Both the position numbers and the translations under genes were made by a program. Of a DNA stretch of 36,209 nucleotides, positions 21,831-33,565 are shown piece after piece. The notes under the pieces are model-generated. The model was not told where the DNA came from. It worked only from the letters and a program-made list of their open reading frames with translations, and searched no databases. Every line of letters starts with the position of its first letter. Positions within the stretch are counted from its first letter, which is position 1. Source of the DNA: Chiloscyllium plagiosum (Eukaryota); assembly GCF_004010195.1 (NCBI RefSeq), contig NW_025215149.1, forward strand, positions 1 to 36,209, read 5' to 3'.

Positions 21831-22694
21831 TACATGGCTCTATAGTGCCCTCATGTCGATTGACAGAGAGGTACAGGCTCTGAATGAACTCTGAACACTT
21901 TAATGCCACAGTTCCTGTGAAACTGCATTGAATGTCACTTTGTACACAATCCTGTCAGCAGTCACAATACCTTCATTCTGAAACACTTAACAATTCCCCA
22001 CCACCTTCTGACCTCCATGGAGACCATGGGTCTGCTATATTGGAGATGGAGGACACCTTGGAGAATGGATTAAAAAATGTTGGCTTCATTCCTACTGCCA
22101 GAAAACCATGTTAAAGTTACACATGTAAAATTAGTAATTAAGCCACGAGGGACAAGATGGTGTAGTCTATCTGTTGGGTCCCTGCTCCATTTGTTTGTGA
22201 AGTTGGAGCATCTCTGACATCTTCCTGTTCCTGGGTTAGTGATTTGAGAAGCTGAATGACTACTTCCTGTTCCTCAGTAAGTAACTCCAGATGCAAAACA
22301 CTCACTTTCTGATCCCATGTAAGTGAGAGAGTGAGCAGATTCCTTCTCTTACTGTGTATTTGGCAGGAGGGACTGAATGAGCTATCACACGTCTTGTCCA
22401 ATATTTTGAAGGGTTGAATGACTTCCACATATTCTTGTGAACACAGATTGAGATGCCGAATTAGCTGCACCTTTTACTGTGGAAATGTACAGTGCTGTTA
22501 CATGAGTGTTACCCAGACTTTACCAGCATGATATTGAATGGTGTCCAATTCTTGGTGTACATGGACACAGACTACTTCAAGAGCTGAGGAGGGTCAACTT
22601 GTTCTGAATGTTAGTGAATATCCCCAATTCTGATCTGTTTGGACTCAATGGGCTGAATGGCCTCCTTCCACTCTGTAAGGACGCTATGCTGACA

Positions 22695-22900
22695 AAGTGG
22701 GGATGCCTGGGCTGAGGGAGCTACCCTTAGGATCTCCTGCAGAGATGACCCACGGCTGAGATGATTGATGCCCACCGATGATAAACATCTCCCTTGTGTT
22801 GTGACTGACTCCAGACAGTGGAGAGGTTGCAATTAATCCACATTCAGTGCAAATTTCCTCAGATTCCTTGATGTCATCATCGGCCTGAGTTCAGGGCCAG
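22695..22900 (-). mobile_element. L2/CR1-superfamily RT fragment
   Basis: Minus strand gives PLHCLESVTTQGR.. followed by a decayed QGSVLGP region. Confidence 0.5.
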
Positions 22901-22959
22901 TCTCTCTGTCTAATCCCCCGTGTTTCCTCTTTTGTTCATATCAATAGGTCATGGGGTAG

Positions 22960-23900
22960 AAGCAGAGACTGTTTTCTTTAAGCAGAGGGTAGTGAATGTC
23001 AGTAATTCCCTGACACAGAGAGTTAGGGGAGCTAGATCATTGAAAGGGACCAGTGGTGTCCCGCAGGGATCCGTTCTAAGACCTCTGCACTTTGTGATTT
23101 TTATAGTTGACTTGAATGAGGAAGTAGAAGGATGGGTTAGTAAGTTTACCAATGACACAAAGGTTTGTGAAGTTGCACATGGGTGTTTGGAGGGCTGTTG
23201 TAGGTTGCGACGGGACATTGACATAATACAGAGCTGGGCTAAGAAGTGGCAGATGAAATTCAAACTGATAAAGTGTGAAGTAATTCCCTTTGCAAGCTCA
23301 AATTTGAATGCAGAATACATGGTTATAGGCAGGGTTCTTGGCAGTGTGGAAGAACAGAGGGATTTTGGTGTCCATGTCCCTTGATCCCCCAAAGTTACTA
23401 CTCAAATTGGTAGGGTTGTTAAGAAGGTGAATGGTGTGTAAGCTTTCATTAGCAGGAAGATTGACTTTAAGAGACGTGATGTTATGCTGCAGCTCTGTCG
23501 AGCCCTGGTTAGACCGCACCTGTAATATTGTGTTCAGATCTGGTCACCCCATTATAGGAAGGATGTGGAAGCTTTAAAAGGGTGCAGAGTAAATTTACTA
23601 GGATGCTGCCTGTACTGGAGGGTAAGTCTTATGAGAAAAGGTCTTTTCTCATTTGCGTGAAGGAGTATGATAGGTGACTTGATAGAGGTGTAAAAGATGA
23701 TAAGAGGCAAAGAGAGAATGAATAGTCAGAGACCTTTTCCCCAGGGCAGAAATGTCTATCACGAGGTCATAATTTTAAGGTAATGAGAGGAAGGTTTTTT
23801 TAACACAGAGAGTGGTGTGTGTATGAAATGCACTGCCAGCGGTGGTAGTAGAGTCAAATACATGAGGGAAACTTAAGAGAGTCTTGGATAGGCACATGGA
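22960..23900 (+). mobile_element. CR1 LINE 3' fragments (short ORF2 end at 22960-23045 joined to an RT fragment from 23046)
   Basis: FFKQRVVNVSNSL followed by [35 protein letters not shown], continuing to the ORF2 end at ~23900. Confidence 0.9.
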
Positions 23901-23974
23901 AGAGAATTCTCTGGGGAAGAGAATTTCCACTTGAAAGGCCTTTTTTAGAATTTCTCCTCATCCCTCTTATACAA

Positions 23975-25390
23975 TCAGAGAGTCATACAGCGTGCAAACA
24001 GATCCTTTATTCCAGCCTGCTCACCCCGACCAGATATCCCAATCTGATCAAGTCCCATTTGCCCATATCGCTCTGAACCACGCTCATGCCCGAAACGTCG
24101 ATTCTCCTGCTCCTTGGATGCTGCCTAACCTGCTGTGCTTTTCCAGCAACACATTTTCAGCTATTGATGTACCTGTCCAGATATACTTAAACATGTAATT
24201 GTACCTGCTTTCAGCACATTCCCTGAAAGCACTTTCCGTACATACACCACAAAAATGTTACCTCTAAGGTCCCTTCTAAATTCTTCCCCCGTCACCTTCA
24301 ACCTATACAGTCTTGTGCTGGACTATGAAAAAAGACCATAGTCATTCACACTATCCATACACCTTGTGATTTTATAAACCTCTGTCATGTCACCACTCAG
24401 CATCCGACAGTCCAGGGGAGAAAAGCCTCAAACTGCTCATCCTCTCCCTGTAGATGAAACCTTTAGTTTCCAGAAAACCGTTGTAAATCTTTCCTGCACC
24501 ATCTCAAGCTTAACAATATCCATCCTTTAGCAGAGGCAACCAAATTGTACACAGTATTCTTAAAGTGGCCTCACCAGCAGCCTGTACAAGCGCAACATGT
24601 CACCCCAACTCCTATACTCAATATTCTGGGCAATTCAGGCAAGCATGCCAACCGCGTTCTTCACCACCCTGTCTATCTGCAACTCCACTTTCAAGGAACT
24701 GTGAACCTGCACCCGTAGGTCTCTTTGTTCAGTAACATACCCCAGGGCATGACCTTGCTTTAACTTAACAAAATGCAAAACCTCACAAATATCTGAATTA
24801 TCTGCCAGTCTGTGGCCCTTTCATGATCAACGGTGCCGTTGTACTCTGAAATAATCTTCTTCATTGTCCATTGAACCACTTTTTTGATTTTACCTGTAAA
24901 CTTACTAACCATGCCTCCAATACTTACATCCAAGTCGTTTCTATATATATGATGAAAAGCAGTGAGCTCAGCACTAATTTTTTTAGGACACCGCTGGCGA
25001 CAGGCCTCCAATCTGGAAAACAATCTGTTACCTTCAAGACAATTCTGTATCCAATGGGTTAGCTTTCCCTGGATTCCATGCGACCTGACCTTAATAATCT
25101 GACTATGATAGGGAACCTTATTAAACGCATTGCTGAAGTCTGTGAAAACAATATATTCGACAGCACATTCTTCAATCTTCTTTGCCACCTCTTCAAAATA
25201 TTCAATCACATTAATGAGACATGATTTCCATTACACAAAGCCATGTTAACTATCCCCAATCAGTCCTTATCTTTCTAAATGGATGTAATTCCTATCCCTC
25301 AGAACTCCCTCCAACAAATTCCTCTACACTGATGTTAGGCTGACTGAGTCGATAATTTCCTGTGTTTTTGGATCGCTGTTCCCTTTTCTC
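23975..25390 (-). mobile_element. CR1 LINE 3' half (RT plus 3' UTR), tail-to-tail with the preceding copy
   Basis: ORF 24760-25209 gives IEYFEEVAKKIEE..DFSNAFNKVPY..HGIQGKL. Antisense tail agagtcatacagc at ~23978. Confidence 0.92.
24082..24162 (+). mobile_element. Penelope-like terminal fragment inserted in a CR1 3' UTR
   Basis: gctcatgcccgaaacgtcgattctcctgctccttggatgctgcctaacctgctgtgcttttccagcaac interrupts the CR1 tail. Confidence 0.8.
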
Positions 25391-25637
25391 GTCCCACTCC
25401 TCCACTGGCCGCAAAAAATATATAATTATAACTAGATTGGTCATATGGCCAATGATATAGTTCTCAGAGTGTGTCAGGGTCAGTGTTAGGAACAAGTAAG
25501 GGAGATTTCTTTAATCTGCTAAAACAACACGTTTATAACCAAAACAAAGTTACTCAAACTATAATGGAAAGAGGAATGACGAGAAGATATTGCAAATGTT
25601 TACATTGATATTTCCCTTTAAAAAATACAGTGGAACA

Positions 25638-25669
25638 CACGCACTCTCTCTCTCTCACACACACACACA
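25638..25669. repeat. Compound (CT)n(CA)n microsatellite
   Basis: cacacgcactctctctctctcacacacacacaca. Confidence 0.85.
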
Positions 25670-26910
25670 TTTGATAACAAACTGAAAAGCAAAATATCTG
25701 CAGCGTTATCTTGACAGAACTATGTCCAAATAGTCTTTGAACTCATGACAAAGGAAATATGAGAGTTTGGCCCAAATGCTGTTCTATATATAGAGTCATC
25801 AAGTCCTACAGTATGGAGAGAGGCCCTTTGGCCCAAACTGGTCCATGCTGACCCAAATGTCCATCCAAACAAAGTCCATTTCCCAGTACTTGGCCCATAG
25901 CCTTCTTGTCCTTTCCTGTCCAAATGCCTTTTAAATATTGTTAATATAAATGATTCAACCACTTACGCTGGCAGCTCATTCTCTTTGTGTACCACTCTCT
26001 GCGTAAAACAGTTTCCATCGGTTTCCCTTTTATTCTTCCCCTCTCACCTTAAACTGATGCTCCCTCGTCCTCAATTCCCCAACTCTGGGAAAAAAAAGGT
26101 TGAGTCAATTCACACTCTCCATGCCTCTCATACTCTTGTACATTTCTATAAGATCCCCTCAGTCTCCTACGCTGGAAAGAAAATAGTCCCCGCTTGTCCA
26201 ACCCCTCCCTATATATCATACTGTTGAGTCCTGGCAACATTCCATCTGCATACATTCCAGTTTAGAAACATCCTTCTGATCGCAATGTGACCAAAACTGA
26301 ACATAACACTACAAGTGCAGCTTTACTAACATTATGTATAACTGCAATATAACTTCCCAACTTCTCTACTCCATGTCCTGACCGATGACTGCCAGTGTGC
26401 CAAAAGCGTTCTTCACTGTCATGTCTACCTATAACTCCACTTTCAGAGAACAGTGAATCTGAACTCCATAGTCCCTCTGCTCAACTACACTCCTTAAGGC
26501 CCGACCATTCACCATGAAACTCCTACCTTGATCTGACTTTGAAAACATATTCTTTGACCCACTTCTCCAGTTTGATCAAGGTCCTGTTGCAATTTCTAAT
26601 AACCTTCCTATCTGTCCACGATGCCACCTATTTTATTGTCACCTTCACATTTACTAATCATGCCTTGTACATTCTCAGGAATATCATTGATATAGATAAC
26701 AAACTGCAATGGGCCCAGCACTGAACCCTGAGGCACTTCATGTGTCACAGCCCTCCAGTCCGAGAGCATCCTTCCACTATTACCCTCTGCTTACTACCAT
26801 CAAGCCAATTATGTGTCCAATCTGTCAGCTCCCTCTGGATTCCATGCGATTCTAACCTTCCAGATCAGCGGATCAATGGTAACCTTGTCAAAGGCCTTAC
26901 TGAAAACCAT

Positions 26911-27001
26911 GGTAAAAACAATGACTGCAGATGCTGGAAACCAGATTCTGGATTAGTGGTGCTGGAAGAGCACAGCACTTCAGGCAGCATCCGAGGAGGA
27001 A
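26911..27001 (-). mobile_element. 91-bp Penelope-like terminal fragment with a 13-bp target-site duplication
   Basis: tactgaaaaccat at both 26898-26910 and 27002-27014 flanks ggtaaaaacaatgactgcagatgctgg...caggcagcatccgaggaggaa. Confidence 0.85.
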
Positions 27002-27139
27002 TACTGAAAACCATACAGACTATGTCTACCGCACTGCCCTCATCATCATTCCTGGTCACTTCATCAAAGAACTCAAACAAATTTGTGAGGCAAGATCTCC
27101 CACTCACAAAACCATGCAATCTTTCCAATCTAAAAACAA

Positions 27140-27195
27140 CTATTAATAATAATTATTTAAATTAATAATAACAAACAATAATAAATAATAATAAG
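27140..27195. repeat. (AAT)n-like microsatellite
   Basis: AT-only imperfect trinucleotide tract. Confidence 0.75.
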
Positions 27196-27310
27196 ATGAC
27201 ATTTTCAGTGGAGAATAATACCACGGTATGTGGTATTGGAACTTATATCATGGGTGAAAGGCAGAGTAGATTTTGTACCTATGTCATTGAACTATGTTGA
27301 CAAAAAGCAA

Positions 27311-27626
27311 GGGTGGCATAGTGGTTCAGTGGCTAGTACTGCTGCCTCATAGTGCCATGGATCCGGGCTTGATTCTAGCTGTGAGGAAGCTCACACTTCT
27401 CTGTGTGGAGTTTGCAAATTCTCCCTGTGTTTATGTATGTTTCCTTCGGCTGCTCCATTTTCCTCTCACAATCCAAAGTTGTACAGGTCAGGTGAATTGG
27501 CAATGCTAAGTTACCCATAGAGTTGTGTGCATTAGTCAGGGGTAAAGATAGGGTAGGGGGATGGGACTGGGTGGGTTACGGCCTTGTTGGGCCAAATGGC
27601 CTGTTTCCATACTGTAGGGAATCTGT
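27311..27626 (+). mobile_element. HE1-type V-SINE nested in a CR1
   Basis: Head gggtggcatagtggttcagtggctagtactgctgcctcatag, V-domain, and tail ttgggccaaatggcctgtttccatactgtaggga. Confidence 0.9.
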
Positions 27627-30349
27627 CAAAAAAACTATTTCTAATCAAAAGCTATCTTTCCAAATGGACGTACATCTTATCCCTCGCAGTCTTCACAAGT
27701 AACCTACCTACCACAGATGTTAGGCTTCCTGTTCTGTAGTTCCCAGATTTTTCTCTGCTTCACTTCTTGAATAATGGCACAACATTTGCTACTCTCCAAT
27801 AATCTGTAACCTAACCTGTAGCTAACGATGATGCAAAAATATCAACCAGGGTCCCTGTAGTTTCTTCTGCAGTCTCTTGCAGTGTTCTGGGAAGCATCTG
27901 TTTAGTACCAGGGAGTTTATCCTCCTTCATACATCCTAATGCATTCAACAAGTCCTCTCCTGTGACATTGACTAACCCAAGATGTCACCACGACGTTTGT
28001 TAAGCTCCCAAGTCTTCATGTATTTCCCCACGGTAAAGACAGAGGAGAAATATTCGTTGACAATCTCGCACACCTCCTACGGTTCCTGAAATGCATTTTC
28101 ACTTTGGACCTTGAGGGGTCATATCCTCGTTTAGTTATTCTTTTTTTCTTTAATATACTTAAAGAACCACTTTGGATTGACCCAAATCTTCTCAGCCAAG
28201 GCTATCTTGTGCCCCCTTTTCGCCGTCCTGATTTCCTTCTTCAGCAAACTCCTGTATCCCCCTATATACCTCGATTTCAGCTGCATGGACCTGAGCCACG
28301 CCGCCTTTTTGCTGGTCAAAGCCTCAATATCTCCTGACGTCCAGGGTTCCCTATTCCTGCTAACCTTGCCTTTTACCTCAAAGTAATATATAGACCTTAA
28401 ACTCTAGACATTTCACTTTTAAAGGTCTCCCACTTGCAGGAGGTCCCTTCGTCTGCAAACAAACTCCTCCAACCAATGCCTACAAGCTCCTGTCTAATTC
28501 CATCAAAATTCGCCTTGCCCCAACTTAGAACTTGAACATATGGACCAGTTTTGTCCTTCTCCACAATTATTTAAAGACTAATACAACTATGGATATTGGT
28601 CCCAGAGTGCTCCCCCACATTCACCTCAGTCACCTGTCCTGCCCGACTTCTTAGAGTAGGTCAAGTTTTACACCTTCCCGAGTTGCATCCTCTACATACT
28701 GCTTGGGGGAATTTTCCTGAACACACATAACAGATGCACCCCATCTCAGTCCTTAATTCTATGTCATTCCCAGTCTATGTTACGAACATTAAATCTCCTA
28801 CTATGGCAATCCCATTGGCCCTGCAAGTCTCCCCAGTCGGTCTACATATTTTTGTAACGCTAGTTCCTCGTTTACTATTTGAGGACCTATGGAACAACCC
28901 AAATAATATCACCATTCCCTTCTTATTTCTAAGCTCCCCCACAAATCCTCACTGGATGTTCCTTCAGTTATTTTATGTCTGATTACTGCTGTGATACTCG
29001 CCTTAATCAAAAATGAAACTCCCTCTCCCCTCTTTCCAACTTCTCTGTTCCGCATAAAGGACCTGTACACCGGTACATTAAGCTACCAGTCCTGTCCCTC
29101 CCTTAGTCATATTTCTGTAATGCTATAATATCCCAGTCCCACATATCTATTCACGCCCTGAGTTCATCGGCCTTACCTGTTGGCCATCTTGCATTTAAAC
29201 AGTTGCAATTTAATCCAACATGCATTCCTTGCTCCTTGTCGTGTTCCAGCTGAACCTGTCCCTTCACTTTACTGTTTCAGATTACTGTATCTCCTTCCAG
29301 CCTCGCACTTGCCTCCCTGCTGTTGAGGATCCCACCCCTCCCCAACCCCAGCCAATCTAGTTGAAATCTTCTCTTGAAGCACGAGCAAACCTGCCTGCTA
29401 AGATATTGGTCCCCTTCCAGTCCAGGTACAACCCGTCCTTCCTGAACAGGTCAACGTTGCCCCACAAAAGATCCCAGTGATCCAAAACTCTGCCCCCTGC
29501 ACCAATTCTTTAGCCACACATTCATCTGCCATATCCTTCTGTTCTTACCCTACTCGCACTGGAAGTAAACCGGATATTACCACTGTGGTGGTCCTGTCTT
29601 TTATTATTTTTTCTAGCTCTCTATAATCACTCTACAGGACCGCATCATGATTTCTACCTGTGTCATTTGTACCAATGTGCTCAATGACTTCTGGCTGCTT
29701 CCCCCGCCCCAGTGAGAACGTTCTGCAGCCGCTCTGAGACATCCTCGACCCTGGCACGTGGAAGGCTACACACCATCCCGGATTCCCATTTGCAGCCACA
29801 GAATTTTCTGTCTGTCCCTCTCACTATCGAGTTTGAACAAATACTTCTGAAGTTATTCTGCTCGCACAACCTTCTGACAATAGGATTTCTTCCTGCAGCA
29901 GTTGGATTTAGCTGAATTGCTTTTCTTCAGGCAGTAGGGAAATTCCAATGAATCCTCATACGGAATCCTCCATGAGTGGGAAAGACAACTGGGCTTTTTT
30001 TCACTCCCACACACTGCTGTGATGAGCGACAGGGGTACAGAAAAAGAGCAATAGACTGTCCCTTCACAGATAAGCTACATTTTTCCATCTGTAAGTTCAA
30101 TCAGTTACATTATCAGTGCCCAAACGGGACCATGTGAACTCTCCTTGAATATTGTCCGAACTATATGACTCCATTACATTCTCGAATCCAGGTCAGTGCA
30201 TTATTACTGTTGTCGTACACAGAATCAATTCATTAACAATAAATGGCCATATTTGTTTTGGAGATGTGTTAACATGTGCCTGCATAGTGTAAAATTAAGC
30301 GTTTCATGACTTCCCAATATCTGTGTTAAGATGAATATGTTTTTTTCTT

Positions 30350-30490
30350 AAACAAATACAGAAATTGCTGGAAAAGTTCAGCCTGTCTTGCAGCATGTAT
30401 GAGGAGAAATCAGAGTACATGTTTTCGGTCCAATGACCTTTTCTTTGAGACTGACGTTTTCTTAAATTATTTCTCCAGTTTTATTCTCCC
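30350..30490 (-). mobile_element. Penelope-like terminal fragment
   Basis: cagaaattgctggaaaagttcagcctgtcttgcagcatg..gagaaatcagagt, with a short inverted remnant (ttctccag). Confidence 0.6.
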
Positions 30491-30684
30491 ACACAAGAAG
30501 AAATATCCTTCCGGTACTCACCAACTACACTGTTCTCAAGATCTCACATGGTCAATAAAACAACCTCATTCGAAGGCTGAACTGTTAATTCTTCACAACG
30601 TAATGCCTTTATCCCAAGAACGAGTAAAGAGAAAAATCTTTGAAACGTTTCGAAAGCAATTTTGCTTTTTTTCAGTTTAGGCAA

Positions 30685-31660
30685 TTATAACTACACATAG
30701 TACATGAGATGTGACCTCAGCAATGCCCTGTACTGATACAGAAAAACATCGCTAAGATCATACCCAACACCCCTTACACGAAACAGAATCATTCCATTTA
30801 CCTTCCAAATCACTTGCTGCATCTTCAGAGTAATTTGATATCATTCATGTACTAAGACACACAAATCCCTCTGTACTACTGAGTTCTGCTTTCTCCTTGC
30901 ACTTAAATGATTTTCTGCTGTTTTGTCTTTTCCCCAAATCAGAAAATTCCCATCACATATGTATTGTACTGTTATTTTTTCTGCTGAAGATTTGATCACA
31001 ACTGTCCTCTGTCTGTATGCCATTGCTTGATGCTTGGACCTCCACCAGTCTGTGTCCCATTGCAGACGTTCTGCACTCCCACTTTCTGTATCCCATTGCA
31101 GACTCTCTGCCCTCTCTCTGTCTGCATCTCATTGCAGACTCTATGCCCAACCCCTCTCTGTATCCCATTGCAGACGCTCTGCCCTCTAATGTTTGTATCC
31201 CATTGCAGATGCTTTGCATTCCCCCATCTGTATTCCATTGCAGACGGTCTTCCCTCCACTGTCTGTATCCCATTGCAGACGCTCTGCCTCCCCCTGTCTG
31301 TATCACATTGCAGATGCTCTGCCCTTCCCTTGTCTCTATCACATTGCAGACGATCTGCCCTCCACCTGTCTGTATCCCATTGCAGACGCCCTGCCATTCC
31401 CTGTCTGAATCCCATTGCAGACGATCTGTCTCCAATTGGCATCTTATTGAATGACTATCCTGGTGCATGAGCAAACTGAGCTCCTTCCCCTTCATCCAAT
31501 TCATTGGTATGGATTGTAATTTGTTGATGACCTCACACAGATCCCTGAAGAATTCCACTAGTTACAGCTTTCCAAACACAAAATGAGTAATGATCTCTAC
31601 TCTGTATTTCCTGACGCCACCCAAGGCGCCCCTGCCCCTGCATAACAGCCTGGGATGGTT
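30685..31660 (-). mobile_element. Old CR1 RT fragment containing an internal minisatellite
   Basis: Antisense CR1 RT (attcatgtactaagacacacaaatccctctgtac, encoding VQRDLCVLVHE) on the left and ccactagttacagc on the right. Confidence 0.75.
31010..31435. repeat. Minisatellite, ~12 x 35-37 bp (gtctgtatcccattgcagacgctctgccctccc..)
   Basis: Twelve recognisable tatcccattgcagac cores with a variable pyrimidine spacer. Confidence 0.95.
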
Positions 31661-31819
31661 ATGTGTCATCCTCCTGTGCTGTGTGATTTACTTCATTCTA
31701 TTCCAGTCTAACCCCATGGAGGTGCATGATGGACTACCCCTGTTGTATTGTCACGGTGCTGACTGGCAGAATGGGATCTCTCTCTCCCGCTGTATCAACC
31801 TCGAGGGGTGAATTGACAG

Positions 31820-32446
31820 AACAACGTGTGAGATAGGAACAGCAATTGGCCATTCGGCCCCTCCAGCCTGCTGCTCGATTTAGAAACATCATGGCTGGTC
31901 TGATTATAGCTGACCACTCCCTCTCCTGTCAGTTCCCAATAAACATTGACTCCCCTGTCCATCAAACATCAGTCAATGTCAGCCTTGAATATCCTCAATG
32001 ACCCAGACTTCACTGTTCCCGGGGGATGAGAACGCCACAGATCGCACAAAGGAGAAAGGAACAACGTTATCTCAAATGGAAATGACAGATCCCTTTCATT
32101 TTAAAGTGTGTTAACCTCACAGCCAGCCACCTCCTCTTTTCAGAAACAAGGGCACAGCAAATAGGAACAAACATAGACCATTCAGTCCCTCAAAATTATC
32201 CCACCATCCCATTGACTGTTCAGTCAATTATTTATCTAACTTAGCTTCTATTGCAGCCTTGGGAAAATAATCCTGACACCTTAAATCCACAGAAAATAAG
32301 AAATTGGAATTATGCAATTTGGCCCATCAAGTCTAATTTGCTGTTTGATCCTGTCTGGTTTGTTTATCAACACAAATCTCCCGCCTTCTCACTGTAACTC
32401 TTGATCGTTGTTTTAATCCAACTTTACCTACCTTTGTCTTAAAGAC
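31820..32446 (-). mobile_element. Stack of three old CR1 3'-end fragments (paralogous to 10950-11584)
   Basis: Tails near 31830, 32160 and 32300 in the same order and spacing as at 10950-11584, followed by a GT-rich tract. Confidence 0.65.
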
Positions 32447-32514
32447 GTCGTTGTGTCTGTGTCTCTATATGTATGTTTGTGTGATTGTGCGTTTCTGTGT
32501 ATATCTGTTTAATG

Positions 32515-32790
32515 GCAGGAGACAAGGTGGTCATGGATGTTTGCTTTTCGAACTGGAAGCCTGTGAGCAGCGATGATCCACAGGCAAAATTGTTGGTCCA
32601 CTTTTGTTTGTCATTTATAAAAACGGTTTAGATGAGATTTATAGAAGGTACATTTAGCAAATTTGCGGATGACATCAAGTTTGGGTGTATTAGCAAATTT
32701 GCGGATGACATCAAGTTTGGGTGTATAGTGGGCAGCGTTTGCATAATGGTGAACAATTCAAGATTACAAAGCGATTTCATTAAATAAATC
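32515..32790 (+). mobile_element. CR1 RT fragment with a perfect 36-bp internal tandem duplication
   Basis: ttagcaaatttgcggatgacatcaagtttgggtgta at 32654-32689 and 32690-32725 (SKFADDIK motif). Confidence 0.85.
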
Positions 32791-32794
32791 AATG

Positions 32795-33150
32795 ATTCAT
32801 AGAGATGTACAACAGGGAAACAGAACCTACAACTCGTTTATGCCATCCAAATATTCTAAATTAATCCAGTCCCGTTTGCCAGCATTTGGCCCAAATGCCA
32901 CTATTCATATAGCCACCCAGTTCAATTTTAAATGCTGTATTGCTTCAGCCTCCATCAGTTCCTCTGGCAGCTTATTACATAGAAGCATCATCCTCTGCAG
33001 GAAAAAAAAGGTTGCCCTTCATTGTCTTTCAAATCTTTCTCTTCCCACCTTAAACCTATGCCTTCTAGTTTTTGACTCTCCTACCTTTGGGGGAAGAAAC
33101 TTTGACCACTCACCCTATCCATGCCCTTCATAATTTTATAAACCTCTAGA
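32795..33150 (-). mobile_element. CR1 LINE 3' end
   Basis: Antisense tail attcatagagatgtacaacagggaaacag and ttaaacctatgccttctagttttgactc. Confidence 0.85.
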
Positions 33151-33304
33151 AAGTGTAAATGTGACTCCAATCAAAACGGTTGGCTGTGCTTTCAGTCATC
33201 CTGGGTCTATAGTCTCAAATTCAGTAGTCGTACCTCTTCCTTCTCCATCAAGGCACGATTCGAAAAAAAGTTTAATCAATTTGTTCAGACATATTATGAA
33301 ACAG

Positions 33305-33565
33305 CTCTGTGGGATTTGAAACTAGAATTTTCGGCGCAGTGATAGAGACACTACCATCATTCAGCATTAGCCCCTAAAGCTGCAACATGATGCTCCTGTG
33401 TGTTTGTTCATCAGCCTGTTGTAACGTGCAGTGATACACTTCCACAGGACATGAGTACACACCACCTTCTCCAGAGATAGGGGCACTATCAGAGAGTCAC
33501 GGGCTGGAATCGAATCCAGTGTTCCGGCTCAGAAACGTGGACACCATCCATTAAACAAGGCCTAA
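33305..33565 (-). mobile_element. Decayed tRNA-derived SINE-like heads (2-3 copies)
   Basis: Antisense B-box/A-box-like strings: gtgggatttgaaact..gacactacca and gctggaatcgaatcc..ggctcagaaacgtggacacca. Confidence 0.4.

Larger units (their letters stand above)
25788..29830 (-). mobile_element. Long CR1 LINE (ORF1 esterase C-terminus, endonuclease, RT, 3' UTR), decayed, with nested insertions
   Basis: ORF1 SIVRGTDRKFCG..GMVCSLPRARVEDVSERL (29681-29869); KKEIRTAKRGHKIALAEKIWVNPKWFFKYIK; HGFVSGRSCLTNLFEFFDEV; tail atagagtcatc at ~25790. Confidence 0.93.

Noticed and set aside
22138..22470. 110-aa minus-strand ORF with TEEQE/TQEQE repeats
   Set aside because: GTG start, no recognisable domain and no convincing splice sites.
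25471..30273. Solo LTR (TGT...AACA) split by the long CR1 at 25788-29830
   Set aside because: Termini are ambiguous and there is no convincing TSD; continuity across the CR1 cannot be shown by eye.
30661..30760. Acceptor-like tttttttcag followed by sequence faintly resembling GPCR exon 2
   Set aside because: Phase-1 splicing gives an immediate TAG, and the downstream sequence is antisense CR1.
30953..31558. Cys/Pro-rich 145-201-aa ORFs on both strands (keratin-associated or metallothionein-like appearance)
   Set aside because: By-products of a minisatellite with mixed 35/36/37-bp units that do not preserve frame.
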